This document shows, in pieces, positions 25,067-38,249 of a stretch of DNA of 64,000 nucleotides. A program made the translations under genes and the position numbers. This stretch comes from Takakia lepidozioides (lineage: Eukaryota; Plantae; Bryophyta): assembly GCA_030704615.1 (NCBI GenBank), contig CM060733.1, positions 3,224,001-3,288,000 on the forward strand, given 5' to 3'. The stretch's first letter is position 1, and each line of letters starts with the position of its first letter. The notes beneath the pieces were generated by a model that made no database searches, was not told the DNA's origin, and saw nothing but the letters and a program-made list of their open reading frames with translations.

Positions 25067-28000
25067 AGCTACCCTCTCGTCTCTCTTTCTCTCACTAATG
25101 CCCCTTCTTGCTGGATGACACGTGAGACCTACTTTTCCCCCAACTTTTCATCACACCTGTTGCATAAGTTACAGTGCTGGAGCCCAGATTCCATTGCCTG
25201 CTGAGCTAGACAACACCGCGCAACCAAGACAGGAGCCGCATAGAAAGAGAAAGATAGTATGCTCTTCCACTAAATTGCAGGGACCTTAATGCCATACGCT
25301 TGGGATATCTACCCCACTGCAGTTCGATGCAGGCAAGAGAGATCGAAACAGGATGATGCTTCACGCAAAAAGACCAGCCCTCTGGACTACACACATTCCG
25401 AACCCGACGAATGAAGAGATAGAGGCCTCGGAGTTTATTGATTATGGGTGTGCTCCCTAGAGACGTGATACAGAGCAAGGGGAGAGATCGCAGCACGGCA
25501 AAGCTGAAAAATTGTAAGTTTACTATGCCCTAAAGCCGATCAAGAAACAGAGAGAGGCAACCCACGGGACAAACACATGCCCAGACAAGAGCCACGCATG
25601 CACACACACACAATAGGGCACCGGAGGAAGAAGCAATCGAGATCTGACTACCCCAAACACGAACTGCCCTATCCCTAACACAAAGTAGAAACAGGGAGAA
25701 AACAGAGGGTGATCATAACCTACATACATGAAAGGCCACTCCAGCCAGACGGGTATCCACAAGGCTACACACCAGAGTGCAACACAAACAACACCCCCCC
25801 TTACACAACATTTCCAAACGCCATGCCCTCAATGCAAATGAGTCAAAAAACCAACCATAGAAACTGCGGGAGAAACATAGAGACACCCCCACAGAGACAG
25901 AGCGAAAGAATCTATTCGAAGAAACCCTCATGCAGAATGCAGCGGATCATTGCGCCTTTCAAATCTGGTGCAGAAGAGTGCGCAATTGGAAGATCAAGTG
26001 TGAGGCTCAGAATGAACATGGCCTACCCTAATGGAAATCTCCTCCAAGACTGGAGCCCTGTGTGTGTGCAGGTCTCTTGAAGAGATGTTGAAGCCTGCTT
26101 TGGAACAGTTGTTGCGCTCTCTGCCCGACACCGAGCGGGCAGATCCCAAAATACCGCTACCCTACATTGCCCCCACCGTTTTCTCATCCTGCCCCAGCTT
26201 GCCGTTGACGGATGTCACAATGTGGACGCGATTCATCCATCTTCGTGCCCCCATGCATGTAGTCAACCGTCGGTGGGCAAGACTCTTGCTCCTCATCCAT
26301 CTTTCTGTGGATGAGTATCTCACTACGTTTGACCGTATCTCTGCAATTTCGTTCATCCGAACAATTCATTGGCATCCCGAGGTTGATGACGATGACACTC
26401 ATGCTGACGATATTCGTGTATTTAATAGTATTTATTTACATGGATGAAATAACTTTTTGGCTCATCTGAACCTTAACTATCCATCCATGAATTTGACCAG
26501 AAAAAAGGTAGTTTTCTGCCCGACGGGCAGCGTAACCTAAAATCTACCGTCTGGTGAGCCCTAAAACACGTTTAGGGTTACTAACTAACTTTGTAACCCT
26601 AGTCAGCAATGACATTCGGAGTGGAATTAGCTGATGCATGGGATATTCCAAATGGCAGCTCTGCCAGCTGTCCACATATTATGGAATATTTGGATTTCAA
26701 CCCAAAGGAAGTGAGAAAAATCTTGGAGAGGATATTCGAGCATAAATTTTCAATAATAATATAATACTAATAATTTACACAAATCACATTTTATGGTCTG
26801 AGAGAGAGAACACGTTCCCCGAGCTCACCCTGGATTCGTGTGAGTCAGAGTGTGGATAAGGGGTTAAAAGTTGGCGTTCCCATTGGTGATGGCAAATTGT
26901 CACGACATATGATGAGGATGATGTACCTACACCACAATTCTGGGCTTTCCCTTTCAAAAAGAGAACCCACATTCAACACACTGACTCACACAAGGTAATC
27001 ATAACAATCATGTTTTATTTTTATTTAGTTTTTAGTTTTTTTTTTAAAGGAAACCTGGGAGCGACAGTTTTTTGTTTTATTTTATCTTTAGAACGGATTT
27101 TTTTGACCATTTAGAAAAAACACTAATATAGAGAGAGGGTCCAGTAGTCGGAGTGCGGCGTTATCAGATGCACTCCACTTGTTGTGGGGAATAATCAAGT
27201 GAGAAGGGACATGGAGGAGGGAAAAATGAATGGGTTTGCAATCGACATGAGAAAGACACACATGGTTGTTTGGTAGCAACAGTGGTATGTTTATATACCG
27301 AGCCGCTGCAGCAGCGAGGTATATACGGAGCCCCTACTATTAACGGTAGCAGGGCAACAGGCAGGCACTATCTGACGTAGCAGTAGAGGGCAGCTTGCCC
27401 GCTACCGACCTACCCACTTTCAACCTACCTGATAAACTTTTAGGGTTTCTTACCATTCATTTGCACTAGTTTTGTGTTTCACTCAGCTTGTTCCCGCTAT
27501 ATAAGTAACAGCAGGTTTGTCGTAAATCATAATTGCTTTGGTCCTGCATTGTCCCATATCGATATCGATTGCCGGTAGTCTAGATCGCGCAGGATACTTA
27601 AGCAGATGGGGTCCAGGGGAGCTGGTCATGGCGGTGGAGGCCTGTAGTTACGGAGCCACGCTACCGCGTCATAGCCGGCCTCCTGAGGGCCAATCAGAAG
27701 GTGGCTATGCGGCGAGCAAAGCTGCTCTGCTACGGAGCCGTAATTGGCCAGTGCTGCCGATGGACCATCCCAGCTTGGCTGATTATTTTGTTGGCTATAT
27801 ATTATTCCACTATTGACTGCGAGTCCTACAGGCCAATCACGTTAGGTGCCAATGCTTGGTTGGCGAATTGATCCTGGATTACTTTACTGAATCTGCCTCG
27901 GCCAATGGGTTGGTGTTGTAATCGTCAAAGTCAGGTGGGAGCTCTTATGCTTCCAACTTGACATCCCTGTCCCCAAAGGCCACAGTATGTATCAATTTCT

Positions 28001-28744
28001 TGCTTATGTCACATGTTATGTTTACGACATAATCTGATTATAGGAACTTAATTAGTCAATTCTACCATCATTAGTTTTTTTTTAGTTTTTTTTTTCGCGG
28101 AACACTATCCAAGTTTTTTGTTTAATTTAAAATATAATGCCATGTTTTACTTGTGTGTCTTATTCATGGGATCACGGAGGACGTGTGATATTGTGAGTGG
28201 GTCTATGGGTAACTGGAAGCGCTCCATGTTGTGACTTATGCACATTAGAAGTCTTTGAGGGAGAGGTGTGCGCCAAGTCTTGCCATACGGGCTGCTATAT
28301 GTGTGAAACCGGTTGTAGTTAAAAAGCTACATAGTTTTATAAAAAGAAACAAGTGGGGTGAATGTGCAAATGGGTAAAACTGTCCCCAAAAGGAAAGCAA
28401 AATCTCATAGAGCTAGATATATTAACAAAGACAAATCAAACTATTCTAGTATCACCTAAAAGAAGGTCAGACAACAGAAAAGAGGATGGGTCATAAAGTA
28501 CTCTTCTCTCGCGCTCACTCTGGGGGAGGTGGGCATAAAAGGCCATGCCCGGCGGGCTTCAACTTTTGGTTGCCCGCCTCAGGTCCAATATAGCTGGCTT
28601 CAAAGAACATATGCCCACCGCGGCCATCATGTATACAGGATCTAGGGCCCACCTATTAGGCTATGCATTGACATTGAGGCGGACAAGGATTCGAGTTACG
28701 TGTTACAAGCATATCCTTCCCCTTTTACTTCCAGCCACTACTTA

Positions 28745-29959
28745 GGGGATTCCAAAAAGGCCTTGATGTGAAATGCATGGCAATTCACTTGATCACCCCC
28801 CTAAAAGTGCACAATTCAATTGAATTGCAAGGGCAATTCAATTGAACTAACCCTAATTTGCAATTCAATTGAATTGTCGGCACACGATTCAATTGAATTG
28901 CGAATTGGCAATTCAATTGAATTGCTGACTACAATTCAATTAAATTGTAATCTATAATTTTTAACTTATTTTTGTATATAATATATAATATATATGTACA
29001 TGTATATATTCAAATTATATTTATACACATATAAGAGTATGAGCTAAAAATACATGTTGCCCGTCTATTCTTGCTGGCCCTCTTTCGTGTGCCCTTAAGG
29101 AAATTGTGGAGTTGTGAAACCACCCTCAGTCTCAGCGAGAAAGGGAGAGCCAGAGACTGAGACAGATGCTGCTTCCTGTGATTCACTGGCAAAAGAAACA
29201 TGGCTAGCTCCGAAAAAAAACAGACAAAATCAAACCTGACAATTGAGGAAAGGCTTCCCCTGCATCACCATGTAGTCCCCTAACACTAGTATCTGGCCCA
29301 GGACAAAGAAAACAAGAAATATGTTCATCTTGAGAATTATCAAAAATTTCGATACCCTTACAAAGGTATCATGTTGAAGTTGGGATGTGTGTTCTATATA
29401 AGTTTAATATATCAAACTCTTACACGTTGATACTCTTACATTGGTATCATGTTTGGTATATGTACATAGCCATATATTGGCACCAACATCCACAAAGAGA
29501 GACAATCCCGCTTTTACAAACGCTTCATGACTTCCCCTCGCTCTCCCTTAGGCTTATCTTGGGCTCAAGCCTTACCACGGGCAAAGGATTGACAGACGGA
29601 CAGCAAGAATAGACGGGCAACATGTATTTTTAGCTTATACCTGTGTATGTATATATGTATAATTTAAATATATACACACACATATATATTATATTATATA
29701 TAGAAATAAGTTAAAAATTAATTCAATTGAATTGCCAACTAGCGATTCAATTGAATTGCGAATTGGCAATTCAATTGAATCGTGTGCCGACAATTCAATT
29801 GAATTGCGAATTGGCAATTCAATTGAATCGTGTGCCGACAATTCAATTGAATTGCAAATTAGGGTTAGTTCAATTGAATTTCCCTTGCAATTGCGCACTT
29901 TTAGGGGGTGATCAAGTGAATTGCGATGCATTTCACATCAAGGCCTTTTTGGAATTCCC
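28745..29959. mobile_element. Non-autonomous foldback/MITE-like DNA transposon with about 330-bp terminal inverted repeats
   Basis: Left GGGGATTCCAAAAAGGCCTTGATGTGAAATGCAT mirrors right ATGCATTTCACATCAAGGCCTTTTTGGAATTCCC. Flanks are TTA and TAA. Arms hold arrays of the palindrome CAATTCAATTGAATTG. No coding interior. Confidence 0.9.
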
Positions 29960-30900
29960 TAACTGCTATCTCCTGGTCGGCACAAGGACTGTTGCAACTT
30001 CTTGGGCCTTGCAAATTCAATTATTTTCTGAGCTGCAATGTTGGAATGAAACAATATCGGTTGTGTTATCAAAAATGTAATGGCTAGTTTAGAAGTTTGG
30101 AAGCTGCCTATGAGCAGATTAGGCTTCTAGAACATTGTCTCCTACTATGTTTGGCTTTGCAAGGACTGTCTGGATGGCCAGGAGTACACTTAACCCAATG
30201 GGCAAACGGTGGGGCTTGCTGCCGATTGCCAGTCAGATCTCCTCCCACACTGGGAAGGTGGGGAGCACTCCTCACCTCCCCCTCCCTCCTTATGCTCCCC
30301 ACCTTCAGGACCCTAATCCCAATCATGCTTCTCTCATTGCTCCCAAATTGTCCCATCCCATAGTGGGACACGGAGCGAGGAGAGGAGCAAGCCCCACTAC
30401 ATAGTGGAATAGGGGAGCCAGGAGGAGAGCAGGGAGTGGGAACATGGAGCGGAGCAAAGACCTAGGACTTAGACAATAACTAAAAATTATAAAATCTCCA
30501 AAATAAACCCCAAAATCTATCATCATTACTTGTTGCACCGTCCAACCACCAGGCCACCTACCACTTTCTATTAACCTTTCAATCTTTTAATGTTTACCTG
30601 GGCAGGAGGAAAGCCAAGGTGGGATCTACGAGGGGCCCGCCAAATGCTTTCCCACTTTGGCCATCCCATGGGAGACAAGGTTCCCACGCTACTCCGAATT
30701 GCCTAAGCATAGTGTTTTTGCTTCCTTTTTTTTTTCCTTTAAGAAAAAAATAAAAATAAAGGAAACATGGGAGTGACTGCTCACAATTCAGGCCCTTGAG
30801 GAGGGGGGAAAATTAACCCCCTTTCAGATAAGCCACTGGGCACACAGGAGGGAAACATCACCACTAAACCAACCGGTCACGAACAATCCATTCACACACC

Positions 30901-30978
30901 GCACAGGGCAGCGGGTTCGAACCCTGAACCTCCAAGGCGACACATTGTGCACTTACCAGCTGAGCTACCACCTGTTGT
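30901..30978 (-). pseudogene. tRNA-derived sequence (SINE head or tRNA pseudogene)
   Basis: Minus strand has A-box GGTAGCTCAGCTGGT and B-box GGTTCGAACCC at tRNA-like spacing. Anticodon and acceptor stems are poor. Confidence 0.65.
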
Positions 30979-32497
30979 ACTCCTTTTCCAATTTGTAAAT
31001 ATGTACTACCCCAATCGTTCCAAGAAAAAATAAGCAAAGAAAATTGGAAGCTGTCTAGACAGCTATAGCATGTGGGCCCCACATGGCTAGTGCATGCCAT
31101 GTAAAAGTGGCAATTGCATATTGGGGCCATATAGAATGCATGCCAAAGTTGGCTAGGGGAGGTTATAGATTGGAGAAGGTTCTAGAGGTGTGGCAAGGTC
31201 ATTTTGGCAAGTTACAGCTGGGCTTGGGAAGAGATGGAGGGTCCAGTAGGGAGCGCAAAGAGGCGGGATCGAGGGACTCCAAGAGGAGCGGGAGGGTCGA
31301 TTAGTTGGCGGCAAGGTGGGCAGGGCACATCGCACCAGTGGCAACGACACCGGCCCATCACCATGGGATCCAGCTATGTTTTAGGTCTGGCTATACATTA
31401 CCTATTTGTGTCTTTCTCTTGAAGTTGAGGTGTAGAGGTTTATTGGTCTTCATTATAACCGTCTTATCAGTGGTTGGTATAGGAGCTAGTACTAGGGTAG
31501 CCTGTGCCGTTGGCCCAAGTGTCCACTCTCATCTAAATCCAAGTGCAATCCCCTATGTATCAAAGTGCGTTTCCTATGTCGAGGCCCAAATGCAACCTCC
31601 AAATGCAACCTCTAAGGTAGCCTTTGGCACTGGCCCAAGTGTCCAATGTCATCTAAGTAAGTTTTTTTCCACAGAGCCTACGACCAGATTTGAACCGGAG
31701 ACCTTTCCCTTGATATCTCTCCCCTCAAGGCTCCAACCATTGTCCCACGAATGCCCACTTTGCCATTTTTGCTATTTTTTGTGAATTTCCAGCGACCAAA
31801 AGTACTTGGAATTCCACATCTCAGAAGTGGGGACACTGCCCCTGATTGATATTACTAAACAAAGTTTTCATGGTGAGACATCAAATTAAGGAATCAGCAA
31901 TTACACCCTTGGATGAGGTTGGAACTAGTAATATTGCTGCGGCATATGGTTTGTGAGGCCAAGGCATCGAGCTATTGATAATCATATAAACCTTAAGGAC
32001 CCAAGCTCATAGCAAACTTAATTCAAAGCGTTGCGGACATTAATAGGAGGCAAACTCCAAAATGTAATCAGATTTGAACTAGAAGGCAGCAAGGACTTTA
32101 AGGTGAGGTTGGGTACTTACCTATGCTCACGCCGCCATGCATGCTCACATGAGAAAAATAATAATATTCCACATATAATATTAAGATAAATGTGGGCAAA
32201 ACAAAAATATGCTCACACTAGCAAAATTGAAGGTTGTGCTCACGTGAGCACACTACACTCTTTGAATGAGCTGTCCATCCAGAAAAAAGAAAATTTGGAA
32301 ATGAATTGAAACAATTGTTTTTATCTTCAGTTTTTTTTCGCCAAGTAAACTCTCCATAAACTCAAATATATGTGATATAATTGAATGATTATTATCATTT
32401 TCTAGTGAAATGTTGTCGGTGATTATATTATAATATTTAAAAATATGTAACTATCAAATATTGGAATATTACACTAGACACTATCTAATGGGAGTTG

Positions 32498-32538
<41 letters not shown>
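32498..32538. repeat. Poly(A) tract of about 41 nt
   Basis: Directly visible; flanked by GAGTT on both sides. Confidence 0.9.
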
Positions 32539-32541
<3 letters not shown>

Positions 32542-34132
32542 TTTGAGGTGCGTGCTCACCGATATAGTCGTTGTTGGGGTCAAGAATTTACGCTTCCTTG
32601 GGGAGGTGTCATATATTATTATTGTTGTTGGGGCAGGCTAGAGATGGTTCTCTTGGGCCTGCTGTCAAATCTCAACCTCTGGTATTATCCAACCAGTGTT
32701 TTTTTTCCCAAAATCACCACAGATGTAAATTCTACATAGTGCTATTGTGGCGTGAATAACGAGGTGGCAAGGTTAGAAAAAATGTTGTATAACACTGTGG
32801 AGGGAGGAGGGAGCTTGAAAGTAGGGAGCAGGAGGAGGGGAGCAGAGCTTGAAAAGGAAGAGTGGGAGAGGAGAGCAAGGATCCACTTCTAGGACTTACA
32901 ATATTTACAAATGACAAAATAAAATAAAAATGTTTAAAAAAAATCTTTGATTTCTTTCGCAACCCAAAGGCACAACATTGTAGATTTGGACCCTAGACCA
33001 TTTTGCTAATTTTAAACGAACCCAGCCACCAAGCTACTCGAATTGCTCCGCACTACTAGTGACAACTTTTGGGAACAATGTTCAAAAGATGGACATTCAT
33101 GTCACTTCATTTTCATTTGATTGGTGTCATGACTTGTTTTGTTTTGATACAACAAGCAAATTTGGATTGTGAATGTTGTTTTGGGAACAGATCCAGTTTT
33201 CGGTCATTTATGCAATCTCTTAAATGGGTTCTCATGGCAAATAATGTGTGTCGGAAAATGTTGGATTTAATCCAAATGCTATATCTATGGCATAAGCAAT
33301 CACAAATATGCCACACAATGAATTGTCAATTTGCTACATGGCCTCAACATATTAGATGTAATTGAATTGTGGTACGTTGATTAATTTTGTTAGATGTTGT
33401 TCTATCTCAATTGGTATTCTTTTATTTGAGGGCATGTTGGAATCAAACACTTTACATTGAACATTCATTTCGTTTGGATTTATCATATGTAAATTCATGA
33501 AAACATGTTGCAAACATTTTTTGTGTATTTGTACACCTTGCTCTTTGAATCAACATATGGGTGGCAGATAGTTTGCACAAGAGTAAGAAATTTGATAGCA
33601 GGGCCTGCTAGAGACATGTTTCCTTATGTGACTCCGACGACCATATGAGTAAGTCTCCCACATACCTTATATGTCTAATGTGTTTTTTGCTTATGTGTGT
33701 CTCATGATTCTATGAAGGTTTTAAAATTTTCTTTCCAATAATTCCAAGTAAAATTTTCAATCTCTTATATATATATATACAAACGTGTAATTGACCATAT
33801 TGATGCAACAATAGCCTATGTCCGATTATGACTTATATTTTCATTTACAAACATATAACCTCTATAACCATGGATTGTGCGCACGTGGGGTTTTTTTTGG
33901 CTCACAAGAGCGCTACTCACACAATAGCAATCTCAGATGACTTGGTATTCGATTCTAGTGATTAGTGGTTTCGATGCCAATATTGTTTAATATGGGTACC
34001 TTTATATATATTATGAAAATACATAATCCGTTGGTTAGATTTTTCTTATTACATCCATTAAAAAATATATATATAAGTATATTGAATATTTTGTACATTA
34101 TGAATGATATAGGAGACAATGTAAGTTTGGAT

Positions 34133-34433
34133 CAGCGTTTTTTTTTTTGGCGAATTTTTGCCAAATGGCGACCTCAAAAAATAGAAATGAATATTCCGTA
34201 GCAAATTCCATGTTTTTTCATGGATGAAATCGCCAAATTTCTCCAAAAATAATAATTATTATGGATGAATTCACCAAATATGGATGATCTGAATGGATGA
34301 AAGTATGGATTTGGATGATTCTGTCCTAATTTGAATGGATGAACAGAATATATGCCTAATTTTTGCAAAACTTTGTAGCCACTCGTGCTATTTTCCGAAT
34401 TTTTAATTTTTTTTTTTTAAAAAAAAAACTCTG
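34133..34433 (+). mobile_element. hAT-type MITE (301 bp)
   Basis: Ends CAGCGTTTTT...AAAAACTCTG with a perfect 8-bp TSD GTTTGGAT (34125-34132 and 34434-34441). An inverted relative lies at 54200-54461. Confidence 0.88.
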
Positions 34434-37400
34434 GTTTGGATGTTGTACAATAAAAATTTGCAATCCAATAGTTATTGAATATCATTTAGTCATTTTATTG
34501 GTGCATATGTTCAACCTACTTTACAAGATCAAAACCACATTGATGCATGATAGATGTCATCCACAAGAAATCATCCTCAACATGTACCTAATTATAATTG
34601 GATCATGGGGCAATCAATCCTTAGGGGAGCTTTGAAGAAGTGACACCATAATTTATATTTGCTTTGTTAGGAGTCAAATAATCACACTACAACTTTGAGC
34701 CCATTCGCCAATAGTGCTAATATCGGCCGGCAACTACCTGCAAATGTCATTTCAAATGGTTGTCTTTTTCCTAGCTGATTTTTTTTCCTAGCTTCTACGA
34801 ATGCTTCGTTAAGGTTATGTGTAGTTAGATCTAGCTCTATGATTTTCTACGATTGAATTTTTTTTTATTTGGCATTTGCAAAGATTGTGTAAAATGAAAC
34901 ACTCTTACGACGAAACATTGAAGTAGTTTAGGCATGATGCAACAAACAAACAATGTAATCAACTAAACAAACATCAACAATGTATCTATGTATGGATACT
35001 TCGGCACATACACCCTATCTATTGACAAATGACATCCGATTTGCTTGATTTCGAGCCTCAATCGAATGTTTATGTACTTCAGTGCTGCTGGACGTTAGTA
35101 TAACATTTTGGAAACTTATAGGAGCAAATCTACTTGTGTGTTGCTGAGAGAAAAGTAATTCCTTCATAGATAGTGCTGACCTTTGCAACAAGAACCTCAT
35201 CTGCAAAGAATTTGTGTTCACAACCTCGTTAGAAAAAATATTTTTGCAACCCAAACTTTTCTTAGTCTGATCCTGTCATGTACAATAAGTAGTAGGTTGA
35301 TTCACCAATCTCAAGTCCAACACCTCGAATCACAATCTCGCAAAACTACTAGATCCTATAACCCTTCACAAACACTCCAACCAAACCCTTCACAAGTACT
35401 AGACTAAAACTACCTCTATGCTTCTATGATCTGGATAATGACCAATTTAACGCCCTGACTCACATAAGTACACATCACAAAAAATCATGTGCTCACCTCA
35501 ACATGTCATTTCTTCAAAATCAGGTAGGAGACCCAAAAATTCATACACAATGCCTTTGATGTTGATGTCATCCACCATGTACACATGCATGTCTGCCCGA
35601 TTCTTGATGATATCGGCACTAACACCATTGTCATGAAGAATATCATTGTCCTAATCACCATCTCTATCAACTTCCAAAATTGCACACCCAGGGACATAGA
35701 ATCTCATTTCTCATAGCCCACAGCAACATCTTCACAAGCCTTCATATACTTCTTGATGCTCAAGATAGAGCTTGTAACATATGCTTTCTTGAAAACACTC
35801 AATGATGTCTCTAGCTTCTTTTTCTTCTCCCTCAAATGTGTCCACTCCCTACAATCTCCATGAGTGAAAACTCTCCACAGAACCACTTGAGCTTGCAGAA
35901 TGATCTACATTTTGGCTTGCTCTCAGTTGACCGCAAAGCAGAAACCTCATCGGTAAAGTACTTGCGGTCATCCATTAGTACCCAACCACGATTTTGACTC
36001 GCACCATGAACTTGGGCATATCGTGCCTTCATCTGCAATGAAACATATAACAAAATGATCAACTAAATATTATAGAAAATATAATCTTATAATCTTAATC
36101 TTATTGGATATAAAAAATAAAGGATGGTATGTAACTTTCTGGATCTAGAGGGTATGAAAGGACGTGAGATCTGAGGGATACTTGAGGTTATGGAAAGTGG
36201 AAAAAACAAGGATACTAAGGCTCTAACCCATATTAGTGTTTTGATGAGGAAAGAAACCAGTCTTGGGATGACTCCCCAAAACAACAAGAAAATATCTTCA
36301 AGCCAAAAATGCTAAAGGTAACCAACACAGCAGACACTAGACATAAGTTGGCAGTTGATTGTGCGCGTGCAAGCCTAACACTACGGTCACCGGGCTAGCT
36401 CCCCGCCGCTGGCGGAGCCCGCAATCAAATCCGTTATCTTGTTTTTTTCTTGCCCTCATGCATGTATTATAGAATAAAGCATTAAAAGTGTTGATGGTGG
36501 CAAAAACAAACGGTGAGATTTTTGTTGGCTGGATTCATAATGTTGGATGCGGAGTGAACAATCTGCGGCAGTTGAAGGGGCAGCCACCGCGCTACCTATC
36601 AGCAAGACAACTCCCAAACCTCCAGTCCTTCAAGGGTTTGTCGAATGATATAAGAAGTATTAATTTTTTTTTTTTGCATCTCCAATAGCAAAATTATCCC
36701 TTGTTCCCGCATGTATATTGCTCCTCCATTTTTGCTCCCTTGCTCCCGCTCCATTTGTTACTACTCCCCTATTCATGCTCCCCGCGGCCCTCAACTACTG
36801 GAGTAAGGGACCGAGAACGGGGGAGCAAGACAAGGGAGCGGAGGAACATGGAAGACATGGGAGGAAAGTGAAGCATGACAGCAATGCTTGACTTGGACTA
36901 AGGTAAGGATTTGAACGCTGGTCCACCATGGCCTTCTCTGGCGTGACCGTACAAGCAAGGCTCGCATGCATGTATTCACCTATGTCTAATGCTGCAAGCC
37001 GTCCAACACAAAAGACAAAGAAAAGAAAAATGGAACTTAAGCTTAAAATTGAATATTAATGCGATTGTCACAGTTCCAAAAAAAAAAAAAAAAAAAAAAC
37101 AGTGAGTACTTGTGCTCTGGATGAAGTTCGCTATCACAGAGGAGACCACAAGATGTTTTGGATCATCAACGTAATCTCAAAGATGTCCGAAAAGTAATTC
37201 ATGTTCATAGAATCATAGAGTTTGTCAAAATGAAGATTTCACCCGAGAGAGTACCATATCGAAAAATCCAAAAGAAAATAAAGAGAATTGAGAAAGGGAA
37301 GATGCTGCAGGTATAAAGAACAGAGGAGTTCTTAAAAAACTTTACTTACATGTTCAAACTTCCCATAGCATACCTGGAACAAATGAAAATGATGGGAAAA

Positions 37401-38249
37401 GAAGGATGATGATGAGGATAAGGATGATGATGATGTATGTATGAGCTGATGTCAATTAGCCAATTTGAGAGTTCTGCCAAGAAATTCTTGCTCGGCTATT
37501 CATAAAAAAATTCAATGTTTGTTATCCATGATTTTTTTTTTAAACAATTAACAGAAAAGGACTGAGCCGGATAGATTAGAGGGTGGAAAAAATAAACACC
37601 GAGAGGCCGTGGAGAAGGCTGTGAATAACAAATAATTCTGCAACTGAAAAATCCAGACTGCTGAAAAATGTCAAATTCATCTTTTCATAAACTAAGAGCT
37701 ACCTGGTATGGACATGCGGAAGCCCGTTACGGCACATAGTGCGGAGGGATCGCAGTAGCTGCGAGGCGTCAGGTCGACACCTCATATACGATAATGTGTT
37801 GACTTCATTCATGTTGTTTGATCCATAGAAGCTTATTATGTTCCGTTGGATGCATACTAAGGGCGCTACCACACGAGCGGCAATGGAAGCAAACGCAACT
37901 AGCTGATGGTTGATGCATCCTAAAATCGACACCCCACACGGGAGGAATGGCAATAAGAAAGAAATGTGATGTGGTGCTTATGTGGAGCTTCTTCGCGGAA
38001 GTCGGATCTCCAAGGACTACCGCACAAAAATCCGAAATGTTAGGGAGTTTCTTTGTCGTGACCTGCTGCTTCCCGCCATGGAGATCATCTCCTCATTCAC
38101 CTTTGACATCTCTTTTCAGCACTCTTCGTCTCCCGTGGAAGAGCTTGCAGGGTTGCAGTTCTCTCTTTTGGGTGACCCTGACCAAGGACGTCTACGTTAG
38201 TGACCAGTCACTGCTGTTTGTGTGTTAAGGCCCTAATATCGCTACCTTG

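Noticed and set aside
26031-26447. 138-aa ORF with faint F-box resemblance (SLP...VNRRW)
   Set aside because: Motif spacing is poor and the ORF overlaps the likely TRB promoter/5' end on the other strand.
28800-29890. CRISPR-like array of palindromic repeats with spacers
   Set aside because: Spacers are only about 7-11 nt and recur, the arrays mirror each other inside TIRs, there are no cas genes, and the context is eukaryotic.
32461-32739. ORF with a poly-lysine run
   Set aside because: Artefact of the poly(A) tract.
34700-36300. Possible decayed transposase on the minus strand
   Set aside because: Coding-like composition, but no DDE, helicase or zinc-finger motif that I can recognise; left unassigned.
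36379-36423. GC hairpin next to CACTA (CACTA TIR, or minus-strand Helitron end)
   Set aside because: No matching opposite TIR found, and the minus-strand terminus reads GTAG rather than CTRR.
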